The position numbers and the translations under genes were made by a program. This document shows positions 38,576 to 50,617 of a DNA stretch of 64,000 nucleotides, piece after piece (positions within the stretch are counted from its first letter, which is position 1; each line of letters starts with the position of its first letter). The stretch comes from Negaprion brevirostris (lineage: Eukaryota): contig JARDVH010000193.1 in assembly GCA_030324005.1 (NCBI GenBank), forward strand, positions 44,560,602 through 44,624,601. Reading direction: 5' to 3'. The notes below the pieces were generated by a model. That model saw nothing but the letters and a program-made list of their open reading frames with translations, was not told the DNA's origin and did not search any database.

Positions 38576-40074
38576 AAAAAGTACTAGTTTTCCCCAAAGT
38601 TCTTCTCTCCTTTCTGCTGTTGTGTTTTAGTGACTGTTTTGAATTGGAAGACAGAAAGCAGAACATGATTATGACTCATATTTCACACTACATGTCTACA
38701 TCCTCTAAAATGTCCTTTATTCCATTTCTGTACTTGACAATTCTGTTGATTTGGCCGTGAGACTCTGTTAGAAAGTAGAAGAATGGTAAGATATTACAAA
38801 TTCATAAACCATCGCTAGTTGGATATGTTTCATCACTTTTCCTGCTCGTGCATAACTCTGAAATTGTGCTGTGTGGTCACAAATGTTCAGATACATCAGG
38901 TTGTAGGTGAAGAAACCACATGGAGTTTGATTTTGCAAACATATCATAAATCGTCTTTTATTAGTTACACATCACTGTGATCAATTTTATTCATACAGTA
39001 GTTCAACACTGCACTGTAGATTTGCAGAAAGAAACAGATTGCATTTAGATAATACCATTTACATTGTAGGGGCAGAGGGTCCCTGCTTATAATGATTAAA
39101 TGTCAGCCTTTGTTTATATTGTTAGAAGGAATTCAACAACTTTTATTAATGTTTTGGTCACTCACAGATCACAGAATGTGACGGACAACTAATTACCAGG
39201 TTAAAAATTCACAAAGATGCTGCCGTTCCTCCCCTCCCTTCCCTCCCCACCCCCTCGTCCNNNNNNNNNNNNNNNNNNNNNNNNNNNNNNNNNNNNNNNN
39301 NNNNNNNNNNNNNNNNNNNNNNNNNNNNNNNNNNNNNNNNNNNNNNNNNNNNNNNNNNNNNNNNNNNNNNNNNNNNNNNNNNNNNNNNNNNNNNNNNNNN
39401 NNNNNNNNNNNNNNNNNNNNNNNNNNNNNNNNNNNNNNNNNNNNNNNNNNNNNNNNNNNNNNNNNNNNNNNNNNNNNNNNNNNNNNNNNNNNNNNNNNNN
39501 NNNNNNNNNNNNNNNNNNNNNNNNNNNNNNNNNNNNNNNNNNNNNNNNNNNNNNNNNNNNNNNNNNNNNNNNNNNNNNNNNNNNNNNNNNNNNNNNNNNN
39601 NNNNNNNNNNNNNNNNNNNNNNNNNNNNNNNNNNNNNNNNNNNNNNNNNNNNNNNNNNNNNNNNNNNNNNNNNNNNNNNNNNNNNNNNNNNNNNNNNNNN
39701 NNNNNNNNNNNNNNNNNNNACTTGTAGCTCAGACAATGCCTAGCACAGGCAAGGAAGCAAAGATCTGTGCAAAACAACAATATCAAAACAGACCAAATAC
39801 TAGGAGCTGAGAGAAACAGGAACAGGTTGGACTGGTGCAAAAAGATCACTGGATAAACTTTGGGCCTTATCTTCCAGATGCTTTTCAGAGCCATGTATGC
39901 AATAATTGGAATGCTGCTCCTTATTTTTGGCAATCACAGTAGCAGGAGATCATGGCTGTGAATATTATCTAAAAGTGTGGGATTATCCTAGCTTTTTAAC
40001 TTTTCACTTTGAAGTGTATGGGGAGAAAAATTGGAGAAATAAACACTGTCCCTCACTGCCATAAAAGATCAATA

Positions 40075-42588
40075 TGGTTAAGAGTATGTTCATTGTACCA
40101 TTAAGATTAAAGATATAGTGGTGGAGGGCATAGATTGATTAAATAGCTTGAGGCCATGCATAGAAGAACTTCTCAGGGAGGAAGACAACATTTGGAATGT
40201 TTCATTCTGTAAATAAGTTTAATATCCAGAGGTTTAAAGTGGTAGCAAAGAATTGCTGCTAAAGGGTGAAGGTGAGAAACTAAGAAATTTTTAAAGATAC
40301 AAGTAACTCAGGCTACAATCTTTTGTGAAAAATGGCTGAAAGCAAATGTAAATTGTCAGACTACAAGTACTCACCAATGTTCCCCAAATATGAACTTTAT
40401 GACCTGTGGTAAAATGGTGGATATGTGGACACAGATTACACTCTTACTAAAGAGAAATCAATATTTGGCCTTTGCATTATCACTTCCTGTCAAAAGCATA
40501 ATCAGAATCCAACCAAGTATTTTGTGTGCTGGATGCCTGTCAGTTGGATATTGAAGAAGGTTTGGATCGTCTATCAAACTTCATGAGTGAAATTTACAAG
40601 ATGACGATCTATTATTTGCCTTTGGGTCATGATCAGACTTTGAAAGATTTTGAAAGACAAATACCATTCCTTGGAGGAATATATCACGAACTTTAACAGA
40701 ATATATAAAAATATGTAGAAATTCAGTTTAAAAACTCTTTAACATATGCTTGCATTTATATTGTTGTATTGTGACAAGGTGTAGCATATGGATAGGCTCC
40801 TGGTCTTAACTGGCATATGGTTCTCAGAAAAGCACACTTCTTTGGATCAATTATCTGCTGCTATAAAAATGTTTCTGGGGAAGCAATCATTTCCAGCAGC
40901 CTTGATGTGCTTATGAGACATTCCACAAAGGATGCAGGACTCAACGACTGTGTCCTTTTGCCATCTTTCAGAGACAAGGGGCAGACATCAGCACAATGGA
41001 AGAATTACAGACAAAAGGAATGAAGATGAAAGCACTTTTGGCAGATCTGGGTATCACAATAGATATCAGGAATGGAGGAGCGATAGTAGACAAATAAACC
41101 TAATGTCCAGGGAATAGTTAACAAATGCGACTCAAAATACCATTATACAATGAATAGGAGAGTTTCTGAAGCGATGTGTAACACAGAATTTGGAAATTGA
41201 AGATGATGGGACCTAACAGTCTGAGGGAAGTGCACTAGTCCCAAAAAGCTTTGGTCTGATAATGACTGTATTAGTAATGAATTTGTTCGATTGTAACAAG
41301 TTAGGTTGTGGGTAAATTAACTGGCTCTCAAACAAAGCCAGATGCCTGTTTTTTACATATTAGGACTATGAAGCTATAGTTGAAGGTCTTTAAGGGCACA
41401 TAAAACATTTAAAAAATTGGTATGGAGAAATGCACAGTCATGTTTCCAAGTTTGGGGGACCTGAGGGATGAGAAATTAGTCAATTTATTGACACTTCTCT
41501 TGCCATTCTTCTAGTTAGTACAGTACAGCTGGTTTTACAATATATTTGGTAGGTGAAAATGGAAATTGTCATCATTTGGCCTGGGAGGCTAAGAAAATAA
41601 AAGGAATGATCAAAAATACTTGGGGGTGCTAACAGTGGCTCTTGTAGAAGTAACAGTTGTGGAGTTTTACTTGTCAAATGCTTCAAGGGTAACTCTATAC
41701 AAGGGGTATTCTGAGAATAATTTACCCATTGAAAATAATTCACCTATTGAATTTTATAGATCATTTTTCCTGTGGGATAATGTACCTCTGACAAAAATGT
41801 GACTGAAAAAAAGGATTGACTTTGCTGGTGTAAAAATGCTAGGAAGAAACAAAAATCTCCCAAGATTAATGGGTTGATGCAGTTGATTACTTTACAAAAA
41901 AGAATGCTGTTTTTGCATAAAGTGACAATTGGAGGTCCCCACAGAGGGGTGTATTGTGTCATGATGTACAGAGTATGGAAAAATCATTTTTTGCTCATTT
42001 TTGTGATTTGTTTTAAATTTGTATCTGTGTTATGAAATTTTGATTTCCGAAAGTGAATCTGTTATGGTATGTATCTGTTGAAGGTATGTTAATTGTATTA
42101 TTAAAGTCAAGGATGTACTGGTAGAGGGCACTGATTTATCAATTAACTTAGCCATACATAAGCAGAGGCTGGAGTTCATAGTCAACACTGGAAATAACAT
42201 TTCAATTTAGATAACTTTTCTTTGAAAGTTTTGTTTTCGTAACAGTGCTTCATTGGATAGTTAATTTGTACACCTGATATACTTAAAAGAGGCTTATGTG
42301 GCTCTGTAGCACAATGGACTTTGCTTAGACTTTCTGATCAATAGCTGATAAGACATTCAAAGATTGGGTCCCACTGGAGTTGGATTTTTGTTAGTGGCGC
42401 TTTACGAGGCTATTAATTAATTTAGTTGTTTCACTGTTGTACTCAAAAGGAGTACAAAGAGAAGTTTTTGGACATTGGGCGTTAGTTAGGGAAGAGGCAA
42501 ACATTTGTAAATTTGCATTCTGTAAATAAATTTAATATTAATAAAGGATCGGAGTCTGTTTTCCCACTTCACCATCTGGTTATCAAAA
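40075..42588 (+). mobile_element. Internally deleted Copia-type LTR retrotransposon relic
   Basis: 5' LTR remnant 40075-40239 and PBS 40240-40255. Decayed gag at ~40370-41160 (MDRLLVLTG..FSEK..LDQLSAAIKMFLGKQSFP; CDSKYHY knuckle remnant). RNase H at ~41480-41890 (STAGFTIYLVGENGNCHHLAWEAKKIK...LWDNV). 3' LTR at ~42060-42588. Confidence 0.8.
40240..40255 (+). promoter_or_regulatory. Primer binding site (initiator Met tRNA-like)
   Basis: TGGTAGCAAAGAATTG versus the tRNAiMet 3'-end complement TGGTAGCAGAGGATGG (13/16), directly after the 5' LTR remnant. Confidence 0.7.
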
Positions 42589-42698
42589 ATTTAAAAATAC
42601 TATTATTTCGACAGATTGCCCTTCTGAAACATCAAAGCATAAAAATAACAAATAACAAATTGCCTGAACTGAAGGACAGAAATGTATTAGTACTATAC

Positions 42699-42847
42699 CT
42701 GCATTGTTGAGGTGAGAGTTATTTGCCCCATGCCTGGGGCTCATATTGGGTGATCCAGGGTAGCTATCTTGAGACTTGGGGCTACGGGCACTGAAACAGC
42801 GCACTTCACTGTCTGTACCGTTCACCATCTCCACAAACTGCCGACAC
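42699..42847 (-). CDS. RANBP10: RANBP10 exon 9 equivalent, 149 nt
   Basis: ttttatgtag|G TGT CGG CAG...AAT GCA G|gtatag. Translation [56 protein letters not shown] and PGSP..SPRHG are RANBP10-type rather than RANBP9-type. Confidence 0.95.
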
Positions 42848-43133
42848 CTACATAAAATTAGCAAAAGGTAATCCCTGAGCAGGAGCCATACCAAGCTCTG
42901 ATATAACCAGAGCAGACAGCATGAAAAAAAATCCAAATAATAAGCATTGACCATCTCGCATATTGCATTTTAATGGCTTGAAGCTGAAAATAATTTGTGC
43001 CTCCTGTAAGTCCATCAGTCACACACCGTGGACATACTTTTGCCCGCCTCTGGATGAAATAATAACTCTCCCCCATCCACCTGCCATCTTCAATCAAATG
43101 CGCTGCAAATCTTGTGTAAAAAAGTGTACTTAC

Positions 43134-43242
43134 TTTAACATGAAGAGTAAGTTTGGGTTACGCTCAAGCAGCCCTGGATATAGTTGCTGTGTTGCTTCTA
43201 TAGCTTCACCCACTCTCCCTGCTAAAACTAGCTTCTGTATTC
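43134..43242 (-). CDS. RANBP10: RANBP10 exon 8 equivalent, CTLH domain, 109 nt
   Basis: ctctctttcag|GA ATA CAG AAG...ATG TTA AA|gtaagt. Translation (R)[35 protein letters not shown](K). Confidence 0.96.
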
Positions 43243-43449
43243 CTGAAAGAGAGAAGGTGATGGCTGCAATTACTGATTAAGCTCAATATCATTCTTTCCA
43301 TTTTTGTTTAAAAATGATAAATCTTTCTAAAATGTGGGTACATTCATAACCCCATCCATTCGCATTTCAAATGAATTGAACAATGAAACAAACTGAAAAG
43401 GCTAAATCCCATTTTCCAACTTTCAAATTATTTTAAAGACGTTTGTTTT

Positions 43450-43983
43450 CATCCCCATGCCCACCACCCTGTTCTATTCCTGTAACTCCATGCATTTATC
43501 TCGGATAATGCAATAAACCTACACATCTGTTGGACACAAAGGGCAATCCACCTAACCTGCACATTTCTGGATGGTGGGAGGAAACCAGGGCACCTAAAAG
43601 GAAACCCATGCAGACACGGGGGAGATCATGTAAACTTCACAGTCACCCGAGGCCAGAAGTGGACCTGGGTACCTGGCGTGGTGAGAACATAAGAACATAA
43701 GAAATAGGAGCAGGAGTAGGCCATGTAGCCCTTCGAGCCTGCCCCGCCATTCAATAAGANNNNNNNNNNNNNNNNNNNNNNNNNNNNNNNNNNNNNNNNN
43801 NNNNNNNNNNNNNNNNNNNNNNNNNNNNNNNNNNNNNNNNNNNNNNNNNNNNNNNNNNNCTGCCACCCTTCTTAAACAACGGCGTAACATTAGCCGTTTT
43901 CCAATCTTCCGGCACTTCCCCGGAATCCAGCGACGTCTGGAATATAAGGCAGCAGTGCTAACCACTGTGCCACCGTGCTGCCA
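43450..43983 (-). mobile_element. HE1-type V-SINE split by a young CR1 (43685-43946, gap inside)
   Basis: The SINE head breaks at ...ggcgtggtgag and resumes aggcagcagtgctaacc. CR1 tail and ORF2 sequence lie between. Confidence 0.88.
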
Positions 43984-44219
43984 ACAATTTGCACGTTTCC
44001 ACTAATTATAGTGGCAAATCTTACACGCAAGTATTTCACAGGTAACTGATTACTTTTAAAATGTGGTTATTAGCATTATGTAGGCAAACACAGTAGTTAG
44101 CTTACATACAGCAAGTCTCACCCAGCAGTGATAAATGACCAGGTTGGTCAGAATACCAAACAGAACTCCTCTACTCATCCACAATATATAAAAATGAAAT
44201 CTTCTGCATCCATCCTGAG

Positions 44220-44800
44220 GAATATAGGAACAAGAGGAGGCTATTTAGCTGTGAGACTGTTGTGTGCCATTCAATGAAAACTCCATATGCCCATCTATGC
44301 CATTTATCTTTCAAATGTTACACTTCCATCCACACTGCTTACAATTGCTATCATTGGCAAGCTTGTATATGTGGCACTCATCTAAGTCATTAATACATAT
44401 GGGGAGTAGTTGAAGCCCCAACACAGATCTTGATGGGACATCACAAATCACATGCTGCCAATTAGAGTAGCGTCCATACTCTGTTTCCTGCCACTCTGCC
44501 AATTTTCTATTCAGTGTCAATAACTTGCCCTCAATTCCTTGGGATCCAGTTTTATGAGGAACTTTATCAAATGCTTTCTGGATGTCTGTGTAAATAACAC
44601 CCAGAGATTTTTCCCTGTCCATTACTTCTTCAAAAAATTCAAATCAGGTTCTGCAGGCATGATCTATCATTTACCAAATTCATGCTGGTTCTCTCTGATC
44701 AGCTGAAAAATTTCAAGGTATCTAGTCACTCCATCCTTAACCATAGACTCTATTAATTTCCCAACAGATGCTAATTCACTGGTCTCCTAATCTCACCTTT
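44220..44800 (-). mobile_element. CR1 RT fragment inserted in a Deu-type SINE (~44040-44220 and ~44810-44970)
   Basis: ORF 44311-44622 GVIYTDIQKAFDKVPH...ICINDLD. Confidence 0.8.
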
Positions 44801-45734
44801 CTTAATCAAAGAGTGCTTTCATTTGAGATATAAATTGAAAGACAGCAGTTCTGACAACAAAACACTCCCCCCTACTACGCTGACGGGGCTGCATGGATTG
44901 TGCGTCAAATCACAGAACGCACATTGAAAAGACAGCCAGTTTAAGGCTAATCACTGAAATAAGCTGACACTGGTAGTAGAAATACTACTTTGAACCAGTA
45001 ACAAAGAAAGATGCATTTCAATAACTCAGATTAATTGCAACTTCTGACTCCATCTGTAGTATTGTTGTACGCTATGGAAATAGAAGGCAAGATTGAGTTT
45101 TGCACTTGCAAGAGGCAAACAACTCCTCCTGGGAAAGGCTACTGATAACCAAAATCAAAGCTAAACAACACTGAGAGGCAGCTGGAACCAAAATAATGGA
45201 TCAAAGGCACACTGGTGGGTTTGTTTTTCATTGCCCACAGCAAGAAAACATTATACAAGCTAAGTAGCCATTTTGTGAAGGTTTGTTTTGAGAAGCATGG
45301 TAAAGACTCATCAGTCAACTACAGACACCTCAGCATCATTGCTTAATACTCATTGCAGTAGTGTAATTTTGATGTGAACATTTCAAGTAGTGCTTTAGTT
45401 GTAAAATTATATAATATTCCTAAGGCACCTGTCTATTTAGCTGCTTCAAGCACATGACTTCATGTTCACCGATTTCAATCTTATAGCCTGTATTGTATTT
45501 CATATCCTTTGGAGTCTGGTGATCTGGTGCGACAACAATAATCTCTCCCTCAATGACAACAAAACCAAAGAGAGTCATCGACTTCAGGAGACATAGTGGA
45601 GAACATGATTACATCAATGGGGACTAGATCACCAACAGCCTGGTATCCCCATGCCAACATTATAGNNNNNNNNNNNNNNNNNNNNNNNNNNNNNNNNNNN
45701 NNNNNNNNNNNNNNNNNNNNNNNNNNNNNNNNNC

Positions 45735-46158
45735 TTGGTATGGCTCCTGCTTTGTCCAATACTCTAAGAAACTACAAAGGGTTGTGAATGAAGCCCAGTC
45801 CATCAAGGAAACAAGCCTCCCATCCGCCGCCTCGGAAAAGTAGCCAGCATAATCAAGGACCCCACATAACCTGAACATACTTTCTCCCAACTTCCTCCAT
45901 TGAGAAAAAGTTACAAAAGCTTGAGGTCGTGCACCAGCTGACTCAAGAACAGTTTCTTCCCTGTTGCCATCAGACTTTTGCATGGACCTACTTCACATTA
46001 AGTTGATCTTTCGCTAAACCTTAGCTATGACTCTAACACTGCATTCTGCACTCTCTCCTTTCTTTCCCTATGAACAGTATGCCTTGTCTGTGTAGCATGC
46101 AAGATACAATATTTTTCACTGTATACTAATACATGTGACAATAATAAATCAAATCAAA
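45735..46158 (+). mobile_element. Rex1/Babar-like LINE 3' end (second copy)
   Basis: Clearly homologous to 26352-26775. Tail aataataaatcaaatcaaa. Confidence 0.82.
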
Positions 46159-46679
46159 GTCTTTTACTAGAAATACAAGATCAAGGGTAAGTATTAAACT
46201 CAGTTAGCACTGGAAATAAAAGTCTTAAAAGGGTCAGTAAACCCAACACAATCTGATTTTTACTTTCCAATTTTCCTGACCGGAAATAAAAACTATTATT
46301 ATGAAGTTTACACTGTGGCAAGGCCGACATAAAGGAGAGAGAAAATTCTTATTGATTCATATAATTGAATTTATATTTTCCAGAGTCTGACTTTCCCCCC
46401 CCCTCTTTCACCCAGAACATATTTGTGCAATTTGATGATCCCCAACAGTCTTCAGTGCCTTGCTCAACTGGTCATCATACAATGTGGAGATTTTCAACTT
46501 GCTGCCAAGGGTAAAACTGGTTTTGCTGTTCAGATGCTTGTCATAGAAACTGGCAGTGTTCAATTTATGTTGCTTTCTCGAACAATACTAGTTTTACTCT
46601 TGGGTAGCAAGATAAAAAATCTGCCCACATGTTAGCATACTGTTTTACTGTAGAGATCACTACAGCAACATGTAAAGCA

Positions 46680-46860
46680 AGGGCAGTGAATGTGGATTAT
46701 TATTGGGTGCTCTTGTTAATTTTTGTGCCTGCAGCCTAGAGCTGCACAGGCTGAAGTACCCCTACTGCCATCTTAGCTGATATTAGATACTTCATTCCTT
46801 GGAACCTGTGTCATTTGTATGGCTCAGCTCCATACTGGGCAGTGCAGTTAGCAACTGGGA
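46680..46860 (-). mobile_element. Ancient tRNA-SINE remnant (AmnSINE2-like)
   Basis: Minus strand tgcactgcccagtatggagctgagccatacaaa...cagctaagatggcagtaggggtac resembles the AmnSINE2 head as I recall it. Heavily diverged. Confidence 0.4.
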
Positions 46861-46924
46861 CAACAGGGACTTAAAAATAGTAATTTCAAAATGTTATACA
46901 CATACACATCACTGCCAGACTTAC

Positions 46925-47037
46925 GCTGTCTGTTTTTGATTGAACTCTGCTCCTCTTGAATGGTCTGCCCTGTTGCTCTGGCAAAGGCAGTTGCTGTTGC
47001 ACAGTACCCATGATGCACCAGGTAGGACGACACCATG
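46925..47037 (-). CDS. RANBP10: RANBP10 exon 7 equivalent, LisH motif, 113 nt
   Basis: ttgttttatag|C ATG GTG...AGA CAG C|gtaagt. Translation [37 protein letters not shown]. Separated from the previous exon by a 99-nt intron. Confidence 0.96.
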
Positions 47038-47136
47038 CTATAAAACAAATTCTCACAGAATGAGCTAGTTTAAATGTGATACCAAAGCAAACAGCTAACC
47101 CTCTATACATGATAGGCAAGGGGCAGCATTTCTTAC

Positions 47137-47321
47137 TTTTGCATCATCGTCTGCCACTCCCCTAATCTGTCTCCTATGGGAAATCGTTCAATTGTGCCAT
47201 GAATCTTTGCCCTCCACTCACGCATGTAATCTTCTATGTCAAACACAAATGGCTGCTGCCCAAAGTTGGCATCCACTATCTCGCCTGGTGTTTGAAGTCC
47301 CACAGTTGGGTACAGGTTAGG
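47137..47321 (-). CDS. RANBP10: RANBP10 exon 6 equivalent, end of SPRY domain, 185 nt
   Basis: gtctttcag|CCT AAC CTG...ATG CAA AA|gtaaga. Translation [61 protein letters not shown]. Confidence 0.96.
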
Positions 47322-49607
47322 CTGAAAGACAAAATTAGTGGCACTCCTCAGTTCAATATTAATTCTTCAAATACAAAATGGGGTCAGCAAAGAAATTTGT
47401 CAAAAGAACTCTTGGATATGAAATTCAGCTTGTTCAAAATATGCAGTAGTCAATTGGTCATTTATTAAACACCCTACATTATTTTCCTATCCATTAACTT
47501 CTGCTACAAGCCTTTTTTTCACATCTACCGAAGAGGAATGTCACCCTTCTCCTTCCTTGTAAATGCTTCTAATCAAATAAGGGCATCTGGACAGCTCAAG
47601 TCAGGGTCCCACTACTTCAGCATTGCAGCCACCAGACAATAGTTGGTCACCATTTACAGGCAGTCTTGCACACACTCAGCATTTTATGTAATTAATTTTA
47701 AACTTATATCAAGAAAGCTTTCGTTTCCCTTAAATCTTGCAAGATTTTGTATTGAACCATAATATTAGAACATTTTAGGGATTCTGGTCTGTACATAATT
47801 TATATTGTATCCATGCCTTTTGTGTGCATGGAAAGGTCATATGGATTGTTTGACACAAGGTGAACTTCTGGGGGATACAAGTGATCTACCTAGGAATTCC
47901 CTTTACTTCCATCCCTTCCCTGTGGCTAGACTACTCTAGGGTATCCAAGTGGCAGCACAAGATTTAGATATACTAAATGTATATTCGTGTATTCAAACCT
48001 TATTGACACAAATGCATCTCCAACAGCAGCTAAGCTTCAATTAATTAAGTTTTGATTTCAAAATATCAAATCAGCCAATGCCATCTCGCTAACAACCATT
48101 GGTAAAATATCAGGGTTTGATTCAGAAATCAACAACTCTCAAGCACAGTTTTTATTCGTTGAAGAATTCCAATTCCTTGTAGCAGATATATATTCTCTGT
48201 GAAACTTCAAAACCTATGTTAACTCCCCAGTTAATGTGGTATAAATGTAATGCCTTAAGTGATATTAAGCCATACAAGACAAGGAAGCCCCTACGTTTCG
48301 TTGTTAGGTTCTGCTGAATCTGATGATGGAATTCCAATGACCATCATTCTCAGTATCTGCTAGGAATGTGGAGACAGAGCAAAAGTAATATCAACTAGGG
48401 CTCCAGCTCAACATCATCAGGTGAAATTTGCTAAAAACTATGTCATAATGGATAACACTTTGAATATGGGGAATTGTAGTGGTAATTCAGATATATGTAC
48501 ATGTCTAAAAGCAACATCTCCACTATTCCAATGATAATAGCATATATTAAATAAAAGCAATGCCCAATATGACAACAATAATTGCCCAAACTAAAGGTTT
48601 GTCTTTAATCTTTTATGTTATTGTGGAGTTAACATAGAACAGTTATTTTTTGAAATAAAATCCTCCTTAATATTACAATGTCACAAGTACAGTTAACATT
48701 TCCATCCAGTGGAAAAGTATATAAGTCATGTCCTAAGAAGCAAAAACATAAATCAAATTTTGCAGCTGGTTGTTGTGACAGCATTTGTTGCTCGCCTTGA
48801 AGAAAGCTATCTACAGATAGCCAGTGAATTATATGGCAATTATTTTATCTTTCCTGACTTAAATTTCATTCTGGCGCATCAGCTGATAGGTATCGGCAAC
48901 ATCCAACAATAGTGATGTCATCATCAAGAGGCTAAGCAGTAAACCAGAATGAAAAATTCTCAAAGACAGCAAGCTAGGAAGTAAAAAGCTCTGATCAGCC
49001 GTCACTTTTTAATTGGACATTGAAATAAAGATTGGAACATACATGGAATTAAGGTAGCTGAAATATCAAACAAATTTTTAAAAAAACAATTAGGGCTTTT
49101 AATCATAATGGAGATATTTGGCATTCCATAAGCATAAAATTAGTTCTGCAGAGCCAGTAGTAATTATGACTTAATAGACAGTTAAAAATCTAATTGCACC
49201 TCATTCAACAAGGCAAAAACTACAAGAATTTTTACAGCAAGATTAATAGTGTAGAAAGTGAAAGATCATGTCAAATCAAGTGATTTCTCAGATTTTTACC
49301 TGAATCTCAACAATGTGCTCTGAAGGAATGGGAAATCAATGACTGCAACTTCTGGGTATCTGTTTAACTGTGCATGTGTATTCACCAGATGTTGCTGTCA
49401 GTTTTACAGAAGAATTGCCAGTATTACAAATGCAATATTTGGGTCTGTATGTTGAATTTGGATTTTTAAAACTTAAAAAAAAAATCAAAAGACAGTCAGT
49501 TCCTTTTTTAATCTTGGTCTCGTAACTCCACAACAAATTGCTTCTAGTGGTACAAACTTTATTTACAGAATAGGTTTCAGGATGGCGAAATAATTATTTA
49601 TACTTAC

Positions 49608-49630
49608 AGGCAGGTCTGTGAATGCTATTC
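49608..49630 (-). CDS. RANBP10: RANBP10 23-nt micro-exon (exon 5 equivalent), (G)IAFTDLP
   Basis: tttttttacag|GAATAGCATTCACAGACCTGCCT|gtaagt. Phase 1 to 0 joins the two flanking exons in frame. Confidence 0.95.
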
Positions 49631-50617
49631 CTGTAAAAAAAATTCACAACACCAATTAGTATTTTTAAAAACAACAACTATTCAATAGCTGGAATAGCAT
49701 ATAATCTATTCAGTAAATGGATTCTGCATTGCAGATCTCATTACAGTTGCATTGGAGAACATGGTCACAAGGTGGCACTCTTGAACTCTACACAGACCCT
49801 GTATTGGACTAAATTCATTCTGGCCAGCTCTTTGGACTGAAGTGAGGTATGTCACTACTTTTAAAGGTGTGCATTCCCAGCAGGAAAACTTTAATAACTG
49901 TAAAATCTTTTATGTACAACTATTTCTTGGCAGCTTAATTTAGAGAATTTTAGTGAACTTTGTTTGTTTCTGTCAGACTGAAAGAAACCATGTGTCAATT
50001 GACTGGCTGGAAGAGAACTCAGCCTTAATTTATATACAAATTCATCTAGAGGTAATGGACAGAATTCTATTATGCATACTTACTGGTCTGTAAATATGTC
50101 AGTAGGCTAGCATCTACTACCATGACTTTATCATTCCAGATTGTCCACAGGATTGGATGCTGGCAGGTGACTGAGGAGGACACTAGCACCATCTCTTTGA
50201 GAGAGCAGCCTTCCCATCACATCACAAAAGTGGATCCACAGATCAATGGGATGGAGGACTTAGAGTGGATGGTTACATCCCATTTCATTGTTTTACCATC
50301 GATACTACAATACTCTGTGTATACCATTGCCTTACAATGGGTGATCATTTTTACTATAGGAATAATTGCAAGAAGGAAGTTCAACAAAAAGCAGCATTTC
50401 TCTCAATAGATTCGCTCAACTTCAGTATTTTACATAGAATCCTAGATCTTTGCAGCACAAGGTTTGGCAATTCAGCTCATTAGGTTTCAGCTGACTCTTT
50501 AAAAGAACTATCCAAATTATTATTCATTCCTATGCCTCTAAACCCTGCAAGCTTTTCTCATTTAAGTGTCCGCTTTACCATGTTTTGACTGAGCCTCTTT
50601 ACACCAAACTTTCAGGT

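Noticed and set aside
38690-38764. Minus-strand acceptor (ctttctaacag) as the missing RANBP10 exon
   Set aside because: The frames I checked reach stops quickly and show no similarity to the Ser-rich exon.
50084-50106. Second 23-nt exon-like segment (ag|CCTACTGACATATTTACAGACCA|gtaagt) on the minus strand
   Set aside because: Strong donor and the same length as exon 5, but no polypyrimidine tract and an in-frame TGA. Probably coincidence.
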